From positions 696,163 through 760,162 of the forward strand of contig OZ251520.1 of the NCBI GenBank assembly GCA_965242985.1: 64,000 bases of DNA, read 5' to 3'. The translations under genes and the position numbers were made by a program. Positions 1 through 10,201 of the stretch are shown in pieces (position 1 is the stretch's first letter; each line of letters opens with the position of its first letter). The DNA is from an uncultured candidatus Porisulfidus sp. (GTDB taxonomy: Bacteria; Pseudomonadota; Gammaproteobacteria; Poriferisulfidales; Poriferisulfidaceae). The notes under the pieces were generated by a model. That model made no database searches. It saw nothing but the letters and a program-made list of their open reading frames with translations, and had not been told where the DNA came from.

Positions 1-2
1 AC

Positions 3-632
<630 letters not shown>

Positions 633-665
633 GCCGGCGGCCCCGGGCGGGGCGGCGCCGCCGCC

Positions 666-1625
666 GTGAGCCGCCTGCGCCGGGTCGCCGTGGTCATGGA
701 TCCGCCGGAGCGGATCCGCCCGGCCAAGGATTCGACCGTCGCCCTGATGCTGGCCGCGCAGGCGCGCGGCGCGGCGCTGTGCATGACGACCGCGGCGGCG
801 CTGCGCGCCGACGCCGGCGGCGCGGTCACGGCGCGCGTCCGGCCGGTGACGGTGGCGGACCGCGGCGACTGGTGCCGGGCGGGGGCCGGGGAGCGCGCCG
901 CGCTGGCCGACTTCGACGCGGTGCTGATGCGCAAGGACCCGCCGTTCGACCTGGGCTACCTGGCGGCGACCTGGCTGCTGGAGCGGGCGCGGGCGGACGG
1001 CGCCTGCGTGCTGAACGCGCCGGCGGCGCTGCGCGGCTGGAACGAGAAGCTGGCGGTGCTGGATTTCCCGGAGCTGGCGCCGCCGATGCGGGTCAGCGCG
1101 GACGCGGCGCAGCTGCGGGCGTTCCTGGACGAGTACAATGAAATCGTGATCAAGCCGCTGGACCGGATGGGCGGGGCGGGCGTGTTCCGCCTGCGGCGGG
1201 ACGATGCCGCGGCGCCCGCGGCGCTCGCGGCCGCCACGGCCGGCGGCGCGGTGCCGGTGGCGGCGCAGCGCTTCCTGCCGGAAGTCGCCGACGGCGACCG
1301 CCGGCTGCTGCTGATCGACGGCGAACTGGCGCCGCACGTCGTGGTGCGCGTGCCGCGCGCCGGCGAGTTCCGCGCCAACCTGGCCCGCGGGGGGAGCGCG
1401 CGCGTGGAGCCGGCCGACGACCGCGACCGGCGCGTCGCCGCGCGGCTGGCGGAGCCGCTGCGCGCCGCCGGCGTGTGCTTCGCCGGCGCCGACGTCATCG
1501 GCGACCGGCTGACCGAACTCAACATCACCTCGCCGACCTGCATGCGCGAAGTCGAGGCGCAGGCGGGCTGGCCGGCCGCGGCGCGCTTCTGGGACGCGGT
1601 CGAGGACCGCTGGCTGGGCGGCTGA
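666..1625 (+). CDS. gshB: Glutathione synthetase
   Basis: VMDP..KDST, MRKDPPFD, NEKL, FRANLARGG, ELNITSPT motifs. Confidence 0.95.
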   Translation: MSRLRRVAVVMDPPERIRPAKDSTVALMLAAQARGAALCMTTAAALRADAGGAVTARVRPVTVADRGDWCRAGAGERAALADFDAVLMRKDPPFDLGYLAATWLLERARADGACVLNAPAALRGWNEKLAVLDFPELAPPMRVSADAAQLRAFLDEYNEIVIKPLDRMGGAGVFRLRRDDAAAPAALAAATAGGAVPVAAQRFLPEVADGDRRLLLIDGELAPHVVVRVPRAGEFRANLARGGSARVEPADDRDRRVAARLAEPLRAAGVCFAGADVIGDRLTELNITSPTCMREVEAQAGWPAAARFWDAVEDRWLGG

Positions 1626-2186
1626 ATGGCGCGCCTGCGCCCCCCGGCCGCGGCGGCCGACCGCCTGGGCGTCTGCTTGGCGCTGGCGGCGGCCGCGCAT
1701 GCCGCCGCGATCCTGGGCGTCGCCTTCGCCGGCGCCGCGCCGGCGGCGCGGCCGGCGTTCGAACTGGTCTGGGCGGCGCCCGCGGGCGCGGCGGGCGCGG
1801 CGCTCGGGCGGCCGGCGCCGGCGGGAGACTGGCCGCTGCCGGCGGCGGGCGGCGGGCCGGACGCGGCGGCCGGGCTGCCGGCGCTGGAGCGCGCGTACGC
1901 GCGCGCCTGGGTGGCGCGCACCGAGCGCGTCGGCCGCCGCCGGGCGCCGGCGCTGGAAGGCGCCATCGCCGTCGCGGTCACGGTCGACGCCAGCGGCATG
2001 GTGCGCCGGGTCGCGCCGGGGCCGGGGCCCGCGGCGCTGGCCGCGGCGGCGCGCCGGATCGTCCGCTTGGCGCAGCCCTACCCGCCGTTCCCCGAGGGCC
2101 TGCGGGCGCGGCGCGAGCAGCTGCGCATCGAGCGGCGCTGGCTGTTCGGCGCGGCCGGGCCGCGCGCCGCGCCGGCGCCGTCGTGA
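1626..2186 (+). CDS. TonB C-terminal-domain-like protein (divergent)
   Basis: N-terminal hydrophobic segment with His; YARAWVARTERVG..AARRIVRLAQPYPPFP..LRIERRWLF; conserved position between gshB and yqgE. Confidence 0.65.
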   Translation: MARLRPPAAAADRLGVCLALAAAAHAAAILGVAFAGAAPAARPAFELVWAAPAGAAGAALGRPAPAGDWPLPAAGGGPDAAAGLPALERAYARAWVARTERVGRRRAPALEGAIAVAVTVDASGMVRRVAPGPGPAALAAAARRIVRLAQPYPPFPEGLRARREQLRIERRWLFGAAGPRAAPAPS

Positions 2187-2743
2187 AGTCCCTGCGCGGG
2201 CGCCTGCTGGTGGCGGTGCCGGAGATGACGGACACGCTGTTCGAGCGGTCCCTGGTGCTGGTCTGCGAGCACGAGGAGAAGAACGGCGCGCTGGGCTTCG
2301 TCATCAACCACCCGACCGACCTGACCCTGCGCGACCTGCTGCAGGATCTGCAGATCGAGCCCACGGTCCGCGAGGGGCTGTCGCAGCCCGTGTACCTCGG
2401 CGGGCCGGTGCAGCCGAACCGCGGCTTCGGCCTGTTCTCGGGCCGGGACGGCGGGGTGTCGGATTGCGTGGACGTGCTGGAGCACGTCAAGCTGACCGCC
2501 TCGCGCGAACTGCTGGTGCAGTGCGCCGCCGGGCAGAAGCCGGCGGAGATGATGATCGCGATCGGCTACGCCGGCTGGACGCCGGGGCAGCTCGAGGGCG
2601 AGATCGAGGCCGGCCGCTGGTGGCTGGCGGAGCCGTCCCGGGAACTGCTGTTCACGGTGCCGCCGGCGGAGCGCTGGCCGCGCGCGCTGCGGCAGCTGGG
2701 GCTGGACGCCGCCACGCTGTACCCCGGCAGCGGCCATGCCTGA
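2183..2743 (+). CDS. yqgE: YqgE/AlgH family protein
   Basis: GTG at 2183 overlapping the upstream stop; GRLLVAVPEMTDTLFERS, GALGFVIN, GGPVQ, GYAGWTPGQLEGEI. Confidence 0.93.
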   Translation: MKSLRGRLLVAVPEMTDTLFERSLVLVCEHEEKNGALGFVINHPTDLTLRDLLQDLQIEPTVREGLSQPVYLGGPVQPNRGFGLFSGRDGGVSDCVDVLEHVKLTASRELLVQCAAGQKPAEMMIAIGYAGWTPGQLEGEIEAGRWWLAEPSRELLFTVPPAERWPRALRQLGLDAATLYPGSGHA

Positions 2744-3188
2744 GGCGGGCGGGCTGGCGCTGGCGTTCGACTTCGGGCTGGCCCGGATCGGCGTCGCGGT
2801 GGGCTCGGCCGAGGCCGGCACGGCGAACGGCCTGGCGGTGGTCGCCAACCGCGCCGGGCGGGTCGACTGGCGCGCCATCGACCGGCTGGTGCGGGACTGG
2901 GCGCCGGCGGCGCTGGTGCTGGGCGAGCCCGCGGCGCAGGCCGGGGCCGGCGGCCCGCTGCCGCGCGCCCTGCGGCGCTTCGGCGCGCAATTGCGCGCCC
3001 GCTACGGGCTGCCGGTGGCGCGGGTGAACGAGGACTACACCTCGGCCTGCGCCCGCTTCGAGCTGCGCGCGCAGCGCCGCGCCGGGCGCCGCGGCCGGGC
3101 CGCGCCGGGCGCAACTGATATGATGGCCGCGACTTACTTGTTGCGCGCCTGGTACCAGCAGCCGGATGCCCCCGCCGGAGACGATTGA
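2736..3188 (+). CDS. yqgF: Holliday junction resolvase-like / pre-16S rRNA nuclease YqgF (RuvX)
   Basis: LAFDFGLARIGVAVG, NEDYTS, DMMAA; follows yqgE. Confidence 0.9.
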   Translation: MPEAGGLALAFDFGLARIGVAVGSAEAGTANGLAVVANRAGRVDWRAIDRLVRDWAPAALVLGEPAAQAGAGGPLPRALRRFGAQLRARYGLPVARVNEDYTSACARFELRAQRRAGRRGRAAPGATDMMAATYLLRAWYQQPDAPAGDD

Positions 3189-3702
3189 GATCGGCGCGGT
3201 GCTCGCCCATCTCGGCGATTCCCTCCGCTCTTTCCTGGTCACCCGCAAGCTGGACTGCCCGGTGCTGGCCGGCGTGCACACCGGCGGCGTGTGGGTGGCG
3301 CAGGCGCTGCACGCGCACTGCGCGATCGCCGAGCCGCTCGGCATGCTGGACGTGGGCTACCACCGCGACGACGTGGACGCGACCGGGGTGCGCCCGCTGC
3401 AGCCGGTGCGCATGCCGGCGTCGCTGGACGGCCGGCACGTGATCCTGGTCGACGACGTGCTCTACACCGGGCGCACCACCCGCGCCGCGCTCAACGAGCT
3501 GTTCGAGTACGGTCGGCCGGCCTCGGTGTCGCTGGTGGTGCTGGTGGTGCGCCCCGGGCGGCAGGTGCCGGTGGCGCCGGACCTGGCCGGCATGCGCCTC
3601 GAGCTCGGCGCGGACGACCGCGTCAAGCTGCGCGGCCCGGAGCCCCTGCGGCTGGTGGTCGCGCGCGCGGCGCCGCCGCTGACGCCGGAGCGGGCGCCGT
3701 GA
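3166..3702 (+). CDS. pyrR: Pyrimidine operon regulator / uracil phosphoribosyltransferase
   Basis: [41 protein letters not shown]. Confidence 0.93.
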   Translation: MPPPETIEIGAVLAHLGDSLRSFLVTRKLDCPVLAGVHTGGVWVAQALHAHCAIAEPLGMLDVGYHRDDVDATGVRPLQPVRMPASLDGRHVILVDDVLYTGRTTRAALNELFEYGRPASVSLVVLVVRPGRQVPVAPDLAGMRLELGADDRVKLRGPEPLRLVVARAAPPLTPERAP

Positions 3703-4691
3703 AGCGCGCGCAGGCGCGCCTGTTCCCGGAATCGCCGACGGCGCGCTGCCAGCTGGATTCGGAAGGCCGGCTGCGCCACTTCCTGAGCATCGACGGCCTG
3801 CCGGCCGCGCTGCTGGAGGAGATCCTGCAGGTGGCGCGCTCGTTCCGCATGGAATCCGGGGCGGTGCGCAAGGTGCCGCTGCTGCGCGGCCGGACCATCG
3901 CCAACCTGTTCTTCGAGGCCAGCACCCGCACCCGCACCACGTTCGAGCTGGCGGCCAAGCGCCTGTCCGCGGACGTGCTCAACCTGGACCTGGCGACGGC
4001 GGCCACCGCCAAGGGCGAGAGCCTGCTGGACACGCTGCGCAGCCTGGAGGCGATGGACTGCGACATGTTCGTGGTGCGCCACCACGAGAGCGGGGCGGCG
4101 CACTTCATCGTCCGGCACGCGGCCGAGCACGTGAGCGTCATCAACGCCGGCGACGGCAGCCACGCGCACCCCACCCAGGCGATGCTCGACATGTTCACGC
4201 TGCGCCAGCGCTTCCCGGACTTCTCCCGCATCCGCGTGGCCATCGTCGGCGACATCCTGCACTCGCGGGTGGCGCGCTCCGAGATCCAGGCCCTGCGCGC
4301 CCTCGGCGCCGGCGAGATCCGGGTGGTCGCGCCGCGCACCCTGCTGCCGCCGTCGGTGGCGAGCCTGGGGGTGGCGCCGTGCCGCACCATGGAGGAGGGC
4401 CTGGCCGGGGCGCAGGCGGTGATCATGCTGCGGCTGCAGAAGGAGCGCATGCGCGGCGCGTTCGTGCCGAACGAGAGCGAGTACTACCGCCTGTACGGGC
4501 TGACCCGGGCGCGCGCCGAGCTGCTGGCGGACGACGGCGTGGTGATGCACCCCGGGCCGGTCAACCGCGGCGTGGAGATCGAGTCCGCGGTGGTCGACGG
4601 CCCGCGCTCGCTGATCCTGCAGCAGGTGCGCAACGGCCTCGCGGTGCGCATGGCGATCCTGTCGCTGGCGATGCGCCGGGGGGGCGGCTGA
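3699..4691 (+). CDS. pyrB: Aspartate carbamoyltransferase catalytic subunit
   Basis: [46 protein letters not shown]; GTG start overlaps the pyrR stop. Confidence 0.97.
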   Translation: MKRAQARLFPESPTARCQLDSEGRLRHFLSIDGLPAALLEEILQVARSFRMESGAVRKVPLLRGRTIANLFFEASTRTRTTFELAAKRLSADVLNLDLATAATAKGESLLDTLRSLEAMDCDMFVVRHHESGAAHFIVRHAAEHVSVINAGDGSHAHPTQAMLDMFTLRQRFPDFSRIRVAIVGDILHSRVARSEIQALRALGAGEIRVVAPRTLLPPSVASLGVAPCRTMEEGLAGAQAVIMLRLQKERMRGAFVPNESEYYRLYGLTRARAELLADDGVVMHPGPVNRGVEIESAVVDGPRSLILQQVRNGLAVRMAILSLAMRRGGG

Positions 4692-5977
4692 TGCGGCTCG
4701 CGGTGCGCGGCGGCTACGTGCTGGACCCCGGCGGCGGCACCGACGCGGTGCGCGACCTGTACTGCGCCGACGGGCGCGTGGTCGGCGTGGGCGCGGCGCC
4801 GGACGGCTGGCGCGCCGAGCGCGAGCTGGACGCCCGCGGCGGCCTGGTGATGCCGGGCGCGGTCGACCTCGCGGTCTGCCTGAGTCCGCCCGGCGGCCGG
4901 CGCGCCGGGGTCGCCAGCGAGACGCGGGCGGCGGCGGCCGGGGGGGTGACCACGGTGTGCGCGGTGCCGGAGACCCAGCCGGTGCCCGATTCCCCGGCCG
5001 TCGTGCGGCTGCTGATGGCGCAGGCGCGGCAGGCGGGCCACGCCCGGGTCGAGGTGCTGGGGGCGGCGATGCAGGGCCTGGGCGAGAGCCAGCTGGCGGG
5101 GCTGGGCGCGTTGCGCGAGGCCGGCTGCGCCGGCGTCAGCAACGGCCTGCATCCGTTCGCCAGCCTGCTGGTGCTGCGCCGCGCGATGGAGTACGCCGCG
5201 AGCCAGGGCCTGACGCTGTTCTACCATCCGCTCGACCCGTCGCTGGCGCCGCCGGGCGGGGTGCACGAGGGCGAGACCGCCGCCCGCCTGGGGCTGCCCG
5301 GGGTGCCGCCGGCGGCCGAGACCGCGGCCCTGGCGCAGATGCTGGCGCTGGTCGGGGACACCGGCGCGCGCGTGCACTTCTGCCGGCTGTCGTGCGCGCA
5401 GGCGGTGGACATCCTCGAGCACGGCCTGCAGCTCGGCCTGCCGGTGACCGCCGACGTGGCGGCGCACCAGCTGTTCCTGACCGAGGCCGCGGTCGAGGGC
5501 TTCGACGTGAACGCCCACGTCTGTCCGCCGCTGCGCACCATCGCCGACCGCGACCGGCTGCGCGCGGCGGTGCGCGACGGCCTGATCGCCGGCGTCTGCT
5601 CCGACCACCGGCCGCTCGACCCGGACGCGAAGACGGCGCCGTTCCCCGCCGCCCTGCCGGGCATCTCCGGGCTGGAGACGCTGGTGCCGCTGACCATGAA
5701 GCTGGTGGCCGACGGCGTGCTCACGCGCCGCCAGGCGGTGGAGCGGCTGAGCGTCCACCCGGCGCGCATCCTCGGCCGCGGCGGCGGCGCGCTGGCGGTG
5801 GGCGAGCGCGCCGACCTGTGCGTGCTGCGGGTGGACGAGCCGTGGCGGTTCGCGGCCGGCGGCATGCGCAGCGCCGGGCGCAACACGCCGTTCGACGGCT
5901 GGGAGTTCCCGGACCGGGTGCAGGCCACCGTGTGCGGCGGGCGGGTGGTGCACGGCGCGGCCGCGGAGGCCCCGTGA
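4691..5977 (+). CDS. pyrC: Dihydroorotase-like protein, probably inactive PyrC' subunit
   Basis: Amidohydrolase fold motifs (AAAGGVT, PPLR, SDHRP, GLETL, GRNTPFDG), but the metal-binding DxHxH reads DLAVC. Confidence 0.88.
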   Translation: MRLAVRGGYVLDPGGGTDAVRDLYCADGRVVGVGAAPDGWRAERELDARGGLVMPGAVDLAVCLSPPGGRRAGVASETRAAAAGGVTTVCAVPETQPVPDSPAVVRLLMAQARQAGHARVEVLGAAMQGLGESQLAGLGALREAGCAGVSNGLHPFASLLVLRRAMEYAASQGLTLFYHPLDPSLAPPGGVHEGETAARLGLPGVPPAAETAALAQMLALVGDTGARVHFCRLSCAQAVDILEHGLQLGLPVTADVAAHQLFLTEAAVEGFDVNAHVCPPLRTIADRDRLRAAVRDGLIAGVCSDHRPLDPDAKTAPFPAALPGISGLETLVPLTMKLVADGVLTRRQAVERLSVHPARILGRGGGALAVGERADLCVLRVDEPWRFAAGGMRSAGRNTPFDGWEFPDRVQATVCGGRVVHGAAAEAP

Positions 5978-6882
5978 CGGCGCCCGCGCCCGCGCCCGGC
6001 CCGATCCACCGCGTCGAGGCGCGGGTGCTGGAGAACCGGGAACTGCCCGCCGGGCAGCATCTCCTGCGCCTGGCGGCGGCGGCGGTCGCGCGCGACGCCG
6101 CGCCCGGCAGCTTCGTGCACCTGCGCCCGGAGGCGGGCGCGACCGCGTTGCCGCGGCCGCTGTCGATCCTGTGGGCCGACCGCGCGGCCGGCGCGGTCGA
6201 ACTGCTGTACAAGGTGGTGGGGCGGGGCACCGCCGCGCTGGCGCGGCTGCGGCCGGGCGAGAGCCGGCTCGCGCTGGGCCCGGTCGGCAACGGCTTCGCG
6301 CCGGCGCCGGGGAGGGACCGGCCGCTGCTGCTCGGCGGCGGCGTCGGCATGCCGCCGATCCTGTTCCTGGCGCGCGAACTGCGCGCCCGGGCCGCGCCGT
6401 TCGCGGTGCTGGGCTCGGAGATCCCGTTCCCGTTCCCGAGCCGGCCCTCCGCGATCCGGGTGCCGGGCGCGCCCGACGGCGCGATCGCCGCCATGGCGCT
6501 GCTCGAGGACCTGGGCGTGGCCTCGCGGCTGTGCTCGCTGCAGGATTATCCCGGCTGCCACCGCGGCTACGTGGACGACCTGGCGCGGCGCTGGCTCGCG
6601 GCCCAGGACGGCGAGCGCCTGCGCCGCGTCGCGGTGTACGCCTGCGGGCCGCCGGCGATGCTGCGCGCCGCCGCCCGCCTGGCCCGGGAATTCGAGCTGC
6701 CGTGCCAGGTCGCGGTGGAGGAGCGCATGGCCTGCGGCGTCGGCGGCTGCGCCGGCTGCGCGCTGCCGGTGCGGACCGCGGCGGGCCCGGCGATGCGGCG
6801 GGCGTGCGTCGACGGGCCGGTGTTCGACGCGCGGGAGGTGTTCTTCGACGATCCCGGCGGCGGCCCGGAAGGTTCCCTATAA
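5974..6882 (+). CDS. pyrK: Dihydroorotate dehydrogenase electron-transfer subunit
   Basis: RPLS, GGGVGMPP, YACGPPAML, EERMACGVGGCAGC..CVDGPVF. Confidence 0.9.
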   Translation: MTAPAPAPGPIHRVEARVLENRELPAGQHLLRLAAAAVARDAAPGSFVHLRPEAGATALPRPLSILWADRAAGAVELLYKVVGRGTAALARLRPGESRLALGPVGNGFAPAPGRDRPLLLGGGVGMPPILFLARELRARAAPFAVLGSEIPFPFPSRPSAIRVPGAPDGAIAAMALLEDLGVASRLCSLQDYPGCHRGYVDDLARRWLAAQDGERLRRVAVYACGPPAMLRAAARLAREFELPCQVAVEERMACGVGGCAGCALPVRTAAGPAMRRACVDGPVFDAREVFFDDPGGGPEGSL

Positions 6883-6889
6883 TGCCGGA

Positions 6890-7594
6890 ATGGCGGTTTC
6901 CGTGGGCGAGCGGCTGGCGCATCTGCGGCGGCGGATGCAGGCGGCGGAGCGGCGCTTCGGGCGGCCGCCCGGAAGCGTGCGGCTGCTGGCGGTCGGCAAG
7001 GAGCAGCCGCCGGGCGCGGTGCGCGCCGCCGCCGGACTGGGCGTGACCGACTTCGGCGAGAACCGGCTGCAGCCGGCGCTGGCGAAGATGGCGGCGCTGG
7101 CGGACCTGGACGTGACTTGGCATTTCATCGGCGCCATCCAGCGGCGCAAGGCGCGCGACGTCGCGCGGCACTTCGACTGGGTGCACAGCCTGGACCGGCT
7201 GGAGGTGGCCGAGCGCCTGGACCGGGCGCGCCCGGCCGGGCGCGCGCCGCTGCCGGTGTGCGTGCAGGTGAACCTCAGCGGCGAGGCCGGCAAGTCCGGC
7301 ATCGAGCGCGGCCGGCTGCTGGAGTTCCTCGCCGAACTGCGGCGCTTCCCGCGCCTGCGCCCGCGCGGCCTGATGACGCTCCCCGCGCCGGAGCGGGACT
7401 TCGCGGCGCAGCGCCGGGCGTTCGCGCAGCTGGGCGGCTGCGCGCGCCGCGCCCGGGCGGCGGGCTTCGGGCTGGACACCCTGTCCATGGGCATGAGCGG
7501 CGATTTCGAGGCGGCGATCGCCGAGGGCGCGACCTGGGTCCGCATCGGCGAAGCCCTGTTCGGGCCGCGGCCCGCGGCGGCGGCCGATGGCTGA
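6890..7594 (+). CDS. yggS: PLP homeostasis protein YggS family
   Basis: LLAVGK, FGENR, WHFIG, GLMTLP, LSMGMSGDFEAAIAEGATWVRIG. Confidence 0.95.
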   Translation: MAVSVGERLAHLRRRMQAAERRFGRPPGSVRLLAVGKEQPPGAVRAAAGLGVTDFGENRLQPALAKMAALADLDVTWHFIGAIQRRKARDVARHFDWVHSLDRLEVAERLDRARPAGRAPLPVCVQVNLSGEAGKSGIERGRLLEFLAELRRFPRLRPRGLMTLPAPERDFAAQRRAFAQLGGCARRARAAGFGLDTLSMGMSGDFEAAIAEGATWVRIGEALFGPRPAAAADG

Positions 7595-8429
7595 CGCGCC
7601 CGCGCTGCTGCTGGTCGGGGGCGGCAACATGGCCCGGGCCTTGGCCGGCGGCCTGCTGCGGCGGGGCTGGGCGCCGGAGCGGCTCGCGGCGGCCGACCCC
7701 GACCCGGCCGCGCGCGAGCGGCTGGCGCGCGACTGCGGCCTGGAGCGGCTGCACCGCTCGAACTCGGTGGCCTACGCCGAGCGCCCGCCGGCGGCGGTGC
7801 TGTTCGCGGTCAAGCCGGAGGCGCTGCCGGCCGCGGCCACCGAGCTCGCGCCCTGGATGGTGTCCGACCGGCCGCTGCTGCTCAGCATCGCCGCCGGCGT
7901 CCGCGCCGGCGACGTGGCGCGCTGGACCGGCGGGCACTGCCCGGTGGTGCGCGCCATGCCGAACACCCCGGCGCTGGTCGGCGCCGGGCTCAGCGCGCTG
8001 TACGCGGCGCCGGAGACGCCGGCCGCGCAGCGCGAACTGGCGGAGCGCGTGCTGGCGGCGGTCGGCCGGGTGCTGTGGGTGGCGGACGAGGCGCTGCTCG
8101 ACGCGGCCACCGCGGTGTCCGGCAGCGGCCCGGCGTATTTCTTCGAATTCCTCGATGCCCAGGCGGAGGCCGCGCAGGCGCTGGGGCTGGACGCCGCGCA
8201 GGCGCGGACGATGGTTCTGGAGACGGCGCGCGGCGCGCTGCAGCTGCTGGCGGCGGAGGCGGAAACCCCGCTGGCGGAGCTGCGCCGCCAGGTGACCTCG
8301 CCCGGCGGCACCACCGAGGCCGCCGTCCGGGCGCTCCGGGAGCGGGACTTCCGCGGCGCGGTGCGGGCGGCGCTGGAGGCGGCCTGCCGCCGCGCCCGCG
8401 AACTCGGCGACGAGCACGGCCGGGCCTGA
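7587..8429 (+). CDS. proC: Pyrroline-5-carboxylate reductase
   Basis: GGGNMA, AVKP, RAMPNTP, TAVSGSGPAY, VTSPGGTT. Confidence 0.96.
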   Translation: MADAPALLLVGGGNMARALAGGLLRRGWAPERLAAADPDPAARERLARDCGLERLHRSNSVAYAERPPAAVLFAVKPEALPAAATELAPWMVSDRPLLLSIAAGVRAGDVARWTGGHCPVVRAMPNTPALVGAGLSALYAAPETPAAQRELAERVLAAVGRVLWVADEALLDAATAVSGSGPAYFFEFLDAQAEAAQALGLDAAQARTMVLETARGALQLLAAEAETPLAELRRQVTSPGGTTEAAVRALRERDFRGAVRAALEAACRRARELGDEHGRA

Positions 8430-8431
8430 GC

Positions 8432-8971
8432 ATGGCGGAGCCGCTGGCGCTGCTGCTGCGGATCTGCCTGTTCGCGTTCCTGGCGCGCTTCCTGCTGGAG
8501 GCGCACGGCGCGGATCCGCGGCAGCCGCTGGCGGCGGCGCTGGCCCGCGTCACCGATCCGGCCTGCCGGCCGCTGCGGCGCGCGTTCGGGCGGCGGGTCG
8601 ACTGGCGGGCGCCGCTGCTGCTGATCGCGCTGCTGCTGGAGTTGGCGTCGCTGCATCTGCGCGGGGCGTTCGGGCATGCGTCGCCGCTCGGCGCCGCGCT
8701 GTGCGCCGCGGCGCGCCTGGGCGCCGACCTGCTGACGCTGTACTTGGTCTGCCTGCTCTTGGCGGTGGTCGCGAGCTGGGTGCAGCTGTCCGCCGCCGCG
8801 CAGTCCTACCTGGACCTGGTCCGCTGCGTCACCGCGCCGCTGCTGGGCCGCATCCGGGCGTTCCTGCCGGCCGCCGGGCCGCTGGATTTCTCGCCGATGA
8901 TCGCGCTGTTCGGCGTGTACTTCGCGCAGGCCGGGCTGGCCCGGCTGGGGCGCTGGGCGCTCGGCGTCTAG
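8432..8971 (+). CDS. yggT: YggT family membrane protein
   Basis: Two YggT-like repeats (VTDP..PLRR; VTAPLL..IRAFLP..LDFSPMI); yggS-proC-yggT synteny. Confidence 0.85.
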   Translation: MAEPLALLLRICLFAFLARFLLEAHGADPRQPLAAALARVTDPACRPLRRAFGRRVDWRAPLLLIALLLELASLHLRGAFGHASPLGAALCAAARLGADLLTLYLVCLLLAVVASWVQLSAAAQSYLDLVRCVTAPLLGRIRAFLPAAGPLDFSPMIALFGVYFAQAGLARLGRWALGV

Positions 8972-9005
8972 CGGGCCCGCGTTCCGGCCCCGGGCTGCGT
9001 GCCAC

Positions 9006-9052
9006 ATGTGCTGGCATCAGGCGGCGGCGTCGCCGCGCCGCTGGGGCATAAT
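9006..9052 (+). promoter_or_regulatory. Conserved upstream motif, copy 1 (ATGTGCTGGCA-N14-CGCCGCGCCG-N3-GGGCATAAT)
   Basis: Same three blocks recur at 10076-10123; ends in a -10-like CATAAT upstream of NHLP precursor 1. Confidence 0.55.
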
Positions 9053-9118
9053 GGGGTCGCTGGCGCGTTTGAAAAAGTGCAAAAGCGGATTTCATGAGTC
9101 GTATCGCGGAGGCGGACG

Positions 9119-9424
9119 ATGAGCGAGGGTTTTGAAGAAAGCATGCGCCGGTTGCGGGGAGATGCCGCATTCCGCGCGAAACTGCGCGCCGAGCCGGCGG
9201 CCGCGCTCGCGGAGCAGGGCGTGGACGTGCGGCCGGGAATCGAGTTCCGGGTGGTCGAGGATTCCGCCGACGTGCGCCACTTCGTGCTGCCGCCGGCGCG
9301 GAACAGCCGGCTGCCGGACGACATGCTGCGCGCGGTGGTGGGCGGCACGCGCCGCATCGGCGGGTTCGAAGTGTCGGACACGCAGTTGTGGCTGTTGCGG
9401 ATGCTGCTGCAGGGCCGGGCGTAG
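9119..9424 (+). CDS. NHLP-leader RiPP precursor 1 (core TRRIGGFEVSDTQLWLLRMLLQGRA)
   Basis: D..FRAKL..EP..AL..G..RVVED....HFVLPP leader and L..VVGG double-glycine site; GGAGG RBS. Confidence 0.82.
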   Translation: MSEGFEESMRRLRGDAAFRAKLRAEPAAALAEQGVDVRPGIEFRVVEDSADVRHFVLPPARNSRLPDDMLRAVVGGTRRIGGFEVSDTQLWLLRMLLQGRA

Positions 9425-9463
9425 GCTGGGGGTTTCCGGAATTTCGCTGCGGGAGAAACGGGC

Positions 9464-9733
9464 ATGGACAAATTTCTGGCAATCGTCGATCTGTGCCGGA
9501 ACGATTCCGGCTTCCGGGCGCAGATGCGCGCGGAGCCGGCCGCGGCGCTGGCCGGGCAGGGCGTCGCCGTGGCGGACGGAGTCGACCTCCGGCTGGTCGA
9601 GGACACGCCCGCGGTGCGCCACTTCGTGCTGCCGCCGGACCCGAACGCCCTGCTGGAAGACAGCGGCCTGGACGCGGTCTCCGGCGGGTCGACCGTGACC
9701 TGGAGTTCGTCCGGAAGTTACGGCTTCGTGTGA
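9464..9733 (+). CDS. NHLP-leader RiPP precursor 2 (core STVTWSSSGSYGFV)
   Basis: Same leader family, LEDSGLDAVSGG cleavage motif; GGGAG RBS. Confidence 0.87.
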   Translation: MDKFLAIVDLCRNDSGFRAQMRAEPAAALAGQGVAVADGVDLRLVEDTPAVRHFVLPPDPNALLEDSGLDAVSGGSTVTWSSSGSYGFV

Positions 9734-9770
9734 CCGGGCCCGGATGCGCCTTGCTTGGGAGGAACTGATC

Positions 9771-10055
9771 GTGGACAAGTTTCTGGAAATGGTCGCGTTG
9801 TGCCGGAGCGACCCGGGTTTCCGCGCGAAGTTGCGGGCGGAGCCGGCGGCCGCGCTCGCGGAGCGGGGCATCGTCGTGGCGCCTGGAATCGATTTCCGGT
9901 TGGCCGAGAACAGCGCCGCCGTGTACCACGTCGTGCTGCCGCCGGATCCGAACGTCCGGCTGTCGGACCATGGCCTGAGCGGCGTCGCGGGCGGCGCGTC
10001 CGCCGATTGCGTCGGTTGCGCCGACCGCCTGATCTTCGACTGCATCGGGCTCTGA
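9771..10055 (+). CDS. NHLP-leader RiPP precursor 3 (core ASADCVGCADRLIFDCIGL)
   Basis: GTG start giving MDKFL like precursor 2, with GGAGGA RBS; LSDHGLSGVAGG motif. Confidence 0.87.
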   Translation: MDKFLEMVALCRSDPGFRAKLRAEPAAALAERGIVVAPGIDFRLAENSAAVYHVVLPPDPNVRLSDHGLSGVAGGASADCVGCADRLIFDCIGL

Positions 10056-10075
10056 GCCCGCGCCGCGAATCCGAT

Positions 10076-10123
10076 ATGTGCTGGCACTTCCCGGCGCGGC
10101 CGCCGCGCCGTTTTGGGCATAAT
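10076..10123 (+). promoter_or_regulatory. Conserved upstream motif, copy 2 (ATGTGCTGGCA-N14-CGCCGCGCCG-N4-GGGCATAAT)
   Basis: Matches 9006-9052; lies upstream of NHLP precursor 4. Confidence 0.55.
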
Positions 10124-10201
10124 TAGCACTTGAACCGGCCGCCGGCGCGCCGCGCGGCCGACACTCGCACCTACCGAAACGGAATCCATCCGGGAGCAAT
10201 C

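Noticed and set aside
4484-7630. Long antisense or alternative-frame ORFs (also 11275-14337, 25136-27952, 38313-41327, 43740-47519)
   Set aside because: Shadow ORFs expected at this GC content; they overlap well-supported genes and have no recognisable motifs.
10081-10097. Sigma-54 promoter (CTGGCAC) upstream of precursor 4
   Set aside because: No TTGC at the -12 position in either motif copy, and rpoN is absent from its usual locus.
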